Assembly (NCBI GenBank): GCA_965214335.1
Contig: CBDCBO010000012.1
Coordinates: forward strand, 88,759 to 152,758
Direction: 5' to 3'
Length of the DNA stretch: 64,000 bases
Source: Candidatus Velthaea sp.
GTDB lineage: Bacteria > Vulcanimicrobiota > Vulcanimicrobiia > Vulcanimicrobiales > Vulcanimicrobiaceae
Shown here: in pieces, positions 62,170 to 64,000 of the stretch
How positions within the stretch are numbered: position 1 is the first letter of the stretch
Layout: each line of letters starts with the position of its first letter
Notes under the pieces: generated by a model
Database searches by the model: none
What the model was told of the DNA's origin: nothing
The model's input: only the letters and a program-made list of their open reading frames with translations
Program-made: the position numbers and the translations under genes

Positions 62170-63287
62170 GCGAGCGCCGCGATCCGGGCGCAGCGTGCCG
62201 CCGCGGCCCGGGTCAGTTCGGGCGCCCGCCGCATGGCGTCGGCCAGCGCGATCGGACCATCGGCGATCGGGATGCAAACAACGCCTAGCGCTGCGAGTTC
62301 GCTTTCAGCCGCCGGATCGACGCTGCCGCCGATGGCAACGACGGGAACGCGGAACGGCCGGGCCAAACCCGCGACTCCCGCAACGACCTTGCCGCGCAAG
62401 GTTTGGTCGTCGATGCGGCCTTCGCCCGTGAAGCACACGGTCGCGGTCGCCAGAGCCGCAGCCAAGCCGCGCTGCTCGGCGATGAGGGCGAAGCCGGGCG
62501 CTAAGCGCGCGCCGGCGACGGTCGCAAGGCCCCAGCCCAAACCTCCGGCAGCGCCGGCGCCGGGCAAGGTCCGCAAATCGGGCAGACCCGTTCGTACCGC
62601 GGCCTCCGCCAGCCGCTCGAGCATCTCGTCTAGCCGAACCACCGCGGCCGGATCCGCACCTTTCTGCGGCCCGTAGACAGCCGCCGCGCCGGCGCTGCCT
62701 AACAGCGGATTATCCACATCGCAGGCAATCGCGATCGGGATCTCCCTGAGCCGCGCGTCGAGCTTGGAAACGTCGATCCGGTGAACCGCGGCTAGTACGT
62801 GGGGTAGCGGTTCGAGCGCCGTTCCGTCGGCCGCCAAGAACCGGGCGCCGAGCGCCGCCAGCGCTCCAGCGCCGCCGTCGGTCGTCGCGCTGCCGCCGAT
62901 GCCCAGCACGATCCGGCGCGCGCCGAGATCGAGCGCGTCACGAATGAGCTGACCCGTCCCGAACGTGTTGGCGCCGAGCGCATCGCGCCGGTCGCTCAGC
63001 GCCGCCAATCCCGAAGCGGCCGCCATCTCGATGATCGCCGTATCGCCGTCCCGCGCGTAGACCGCATCGAGCGGGTCACCAAGGGGACCGCGTACCCGAA
63101 CGCTGCGCGCGAGTGCGCCCGTAACGAGAAACGCCTCGACGGTTCCGTCGCCACCGTCGGCCATCGGGATCACCGTATATGCCGGCGCGTCGCCCCAAAC
63201 GTCGCGCAAGCCGGCCACGATTGCCGCCGCAATCGTTGCGGCATCGGCGCTACCCTTGAACTTGTCGGGCGCGACGACGATGCGCAT
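62166..63287 (-). CDS. glycerate kinase
   Basis: Contains MRIVVAPDKFKGS.., ..PMADGGDGT.. and ..GIGGSATTDGGAG.., matching the glycerate kinase family. Confidence 0.85.
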   Translation of the reverse strand: MRIVVAPDKFKGSADAATIAAAIVAGLRDVWGDAPAYTVIPMADGGDGTVEAFLVTGALARSVRVRGPLGDPLDAVYARDGDTAIIEMAAASGLAALSDRRDALGANTFGTGQLIRDALDLGARRIVLGIGGSATTDGGAGALAALGARFLAADGTALEPLPHVLAAVHRIDVSKLDARLREIPIAIACDVDNPLLGSAGAAAVYGPQKGADPAAVVRLDEMLERLAEAAVRTGLPDLRTLPGAGAAGGLGWGLATVAGARLAPGFALIAEQRGLAAALATATVCFTGEGRIDDQTLRGKVVAGVAGLARPFRVPVVAIGGSVDPAAESELAALGVVCIPIADGPIALADAMRRAPELTRAAAARCARIAALA

Positions 63288-63304
63288 TGCGTGCGCCGCG
63301 CGGG

Positions 63305-63646
63305 CTATGGGGTTTTCTTGAGCGCGATGTCGATCGTGAGCGTCTCACCTTTTTGCGGCGAAATGCTGTACTGCGGCTGGACCGCCGTATAGCCGGCCGG
63401 CGGCGTCACTTGAACTTCGTTTGGACCGACCGGAAAATTAGCGATTTTATACGTCCCGTCGGCGGCCGACGTCGCGGTGAGGACGACCGAGCCGGTAACG
63501 GTAACACCGGCGATCGGCGTGTTGGAGTCGGCATCAAAAACGCGACCTGAGATGGTCGCGTACGTCTGAGCCGGCGGAATCGCCGGACCGCCACAGCCGG
63601 CAAGTCCAACGAGCATGGCCAGGAGAGCGAAGCGGGCGCGTATCAT
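63305..63646 (-). CDS. small lipoprotein with a carboxypeptidase-regulatory-like (CarboxypepD_reg) domain
   Basis: Lipobox LVGLAGC. Domain sequence ISGRVFDADSNTPIAGVTVTG..TSAADGTYKIANFPVGPNEVQV. Confidence 0.65.
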   Translation of the reverse strand: MIRARFALLAMLVGLAGCGGPAIPPAQTYATISGRVFDADSNTPIAGVTVTGSVVLTATSAADGTYKIANFPVGPNEVQVTPPAGYTAVQPQYSISPQKGETLTIDIALKKTP

Positions 63647-63661
63647 CGCCCGCGACGTTCT

Positions 63662-64000
63662 TTATGCTACGACGACGCCCTCTTCGGCGTCTTGGCGGTC
63701 CATGTTCCCGGTCTTCTCCTCGAGCAGCCAGCGATTGGCTTCTTCGCGGCGCCCATCGTTCACCCGGGCCTTCAACCAGGTCGCGATATCGGCGTCGGTT
63801 GCGCACGAGTCGAGTGCCGCATCGAAAACACGCGACGTCACGCCCCAGCGGTCGAAAACGCCACGGTCCATCGGACAGGGATAGATATAATCGTGAATCG
63901 TACCGTTACGCGCTGCGCGCGCTTTGTCGAAAACCCGAGCCAGCCACAGAAAGCCATCAATGCTTTCACGTCCGCGCCGCGGAAAATCATGCCCGCTGCG
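63662..64000 (-). CDS. DUF5069-like protein, N-terminus beyond the window
   Basis: The frame is open to the window edge. It reads ..RRGRESIDGFLWLARVFDKARAARNGTIHDYIYPCPMDRGVFDRWGV.., so the track ORF start (63871) is internal. Confidence 0.6.
   Translation of the reverse strand, partial: RSGHDFPRRGRESIDGFLWLARVFDKARAARNGTIHDYIYPCPMDRGVFDRWGVTSRVFDAALDSCATDADIATWLKARVNDGRREEANRWLLEEKTGNMDRQDAEEGVVVA

Overview
This is a 64-kb, visibly high-GC bacterial chromosomal segment. The taxon cannot be assigned from sequence alone. A TonB-dependent receptor, lipoboxes and Sec/Tat signals point to a diderm. I can support about 60 protein genes, 8 tRNAs, RNase P RNA, one ~1.6-kb IS3-family element and one IS256 fragment. 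Housekeeping blocks: (1) a minus-strand tRNA cluster (Ser-GCU, Arg-ACG, Met/Ile2-CAU, Arg-CCG) that ends in tadA; (2) glycosyltransferase and methyltransferase genes; (3) yceD-rpmF-fabH-fabD-fabG-acpP followed by ffh-rpsP-KH-rimM; (4) rnpB; (5) rapZ-yvcK. Accessory-looking blocks: (1) a TonB-dependent-receptor operon with three uncharacterised (lipo)proteins; (2) divergent from it, two tandem orphan PstS-like genes split by the IS; (3) a three-gene operon of small Cys-free proteins that share a C-terminal helix; (4) a stand-alone tail-fibre/S74 protein next to tRNA-Ala; (5) GH26, GH15 and a beta-propeller-phosphoesterase fusion; (6) a GGDEF-EAL protein. Most notable observations: (i) the IS terminus supplies a consensus TTGACA exactly 17 nt from a resident TATAGT upstream of PstS-like paralog 2; (ii) several conserved genes have no ATG/GTG/TTG upstream of their conserved N-termini. 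fabH, a TlpA-like redoxin and DUF1292 only fit ATT/ATC starts. rimM and the phosphoesterase are instead rescued by adding one G to a G-run; (iii) further -1 frame breaks sit at G/C homopolymers, so assembly indels must be excluded before any biological reading; (iv) a strand-asymmetric, G-run-rich repeat spacer lies inside the ffh-rpsP operon; (v) rapZ and a DUF2203 gene start back-to-back on a CATATG palindrome. Many long ORFs in the supplied track are antisense high-GC artefacts. Several true starts are internal to, or upstream of, the listed ORFs.
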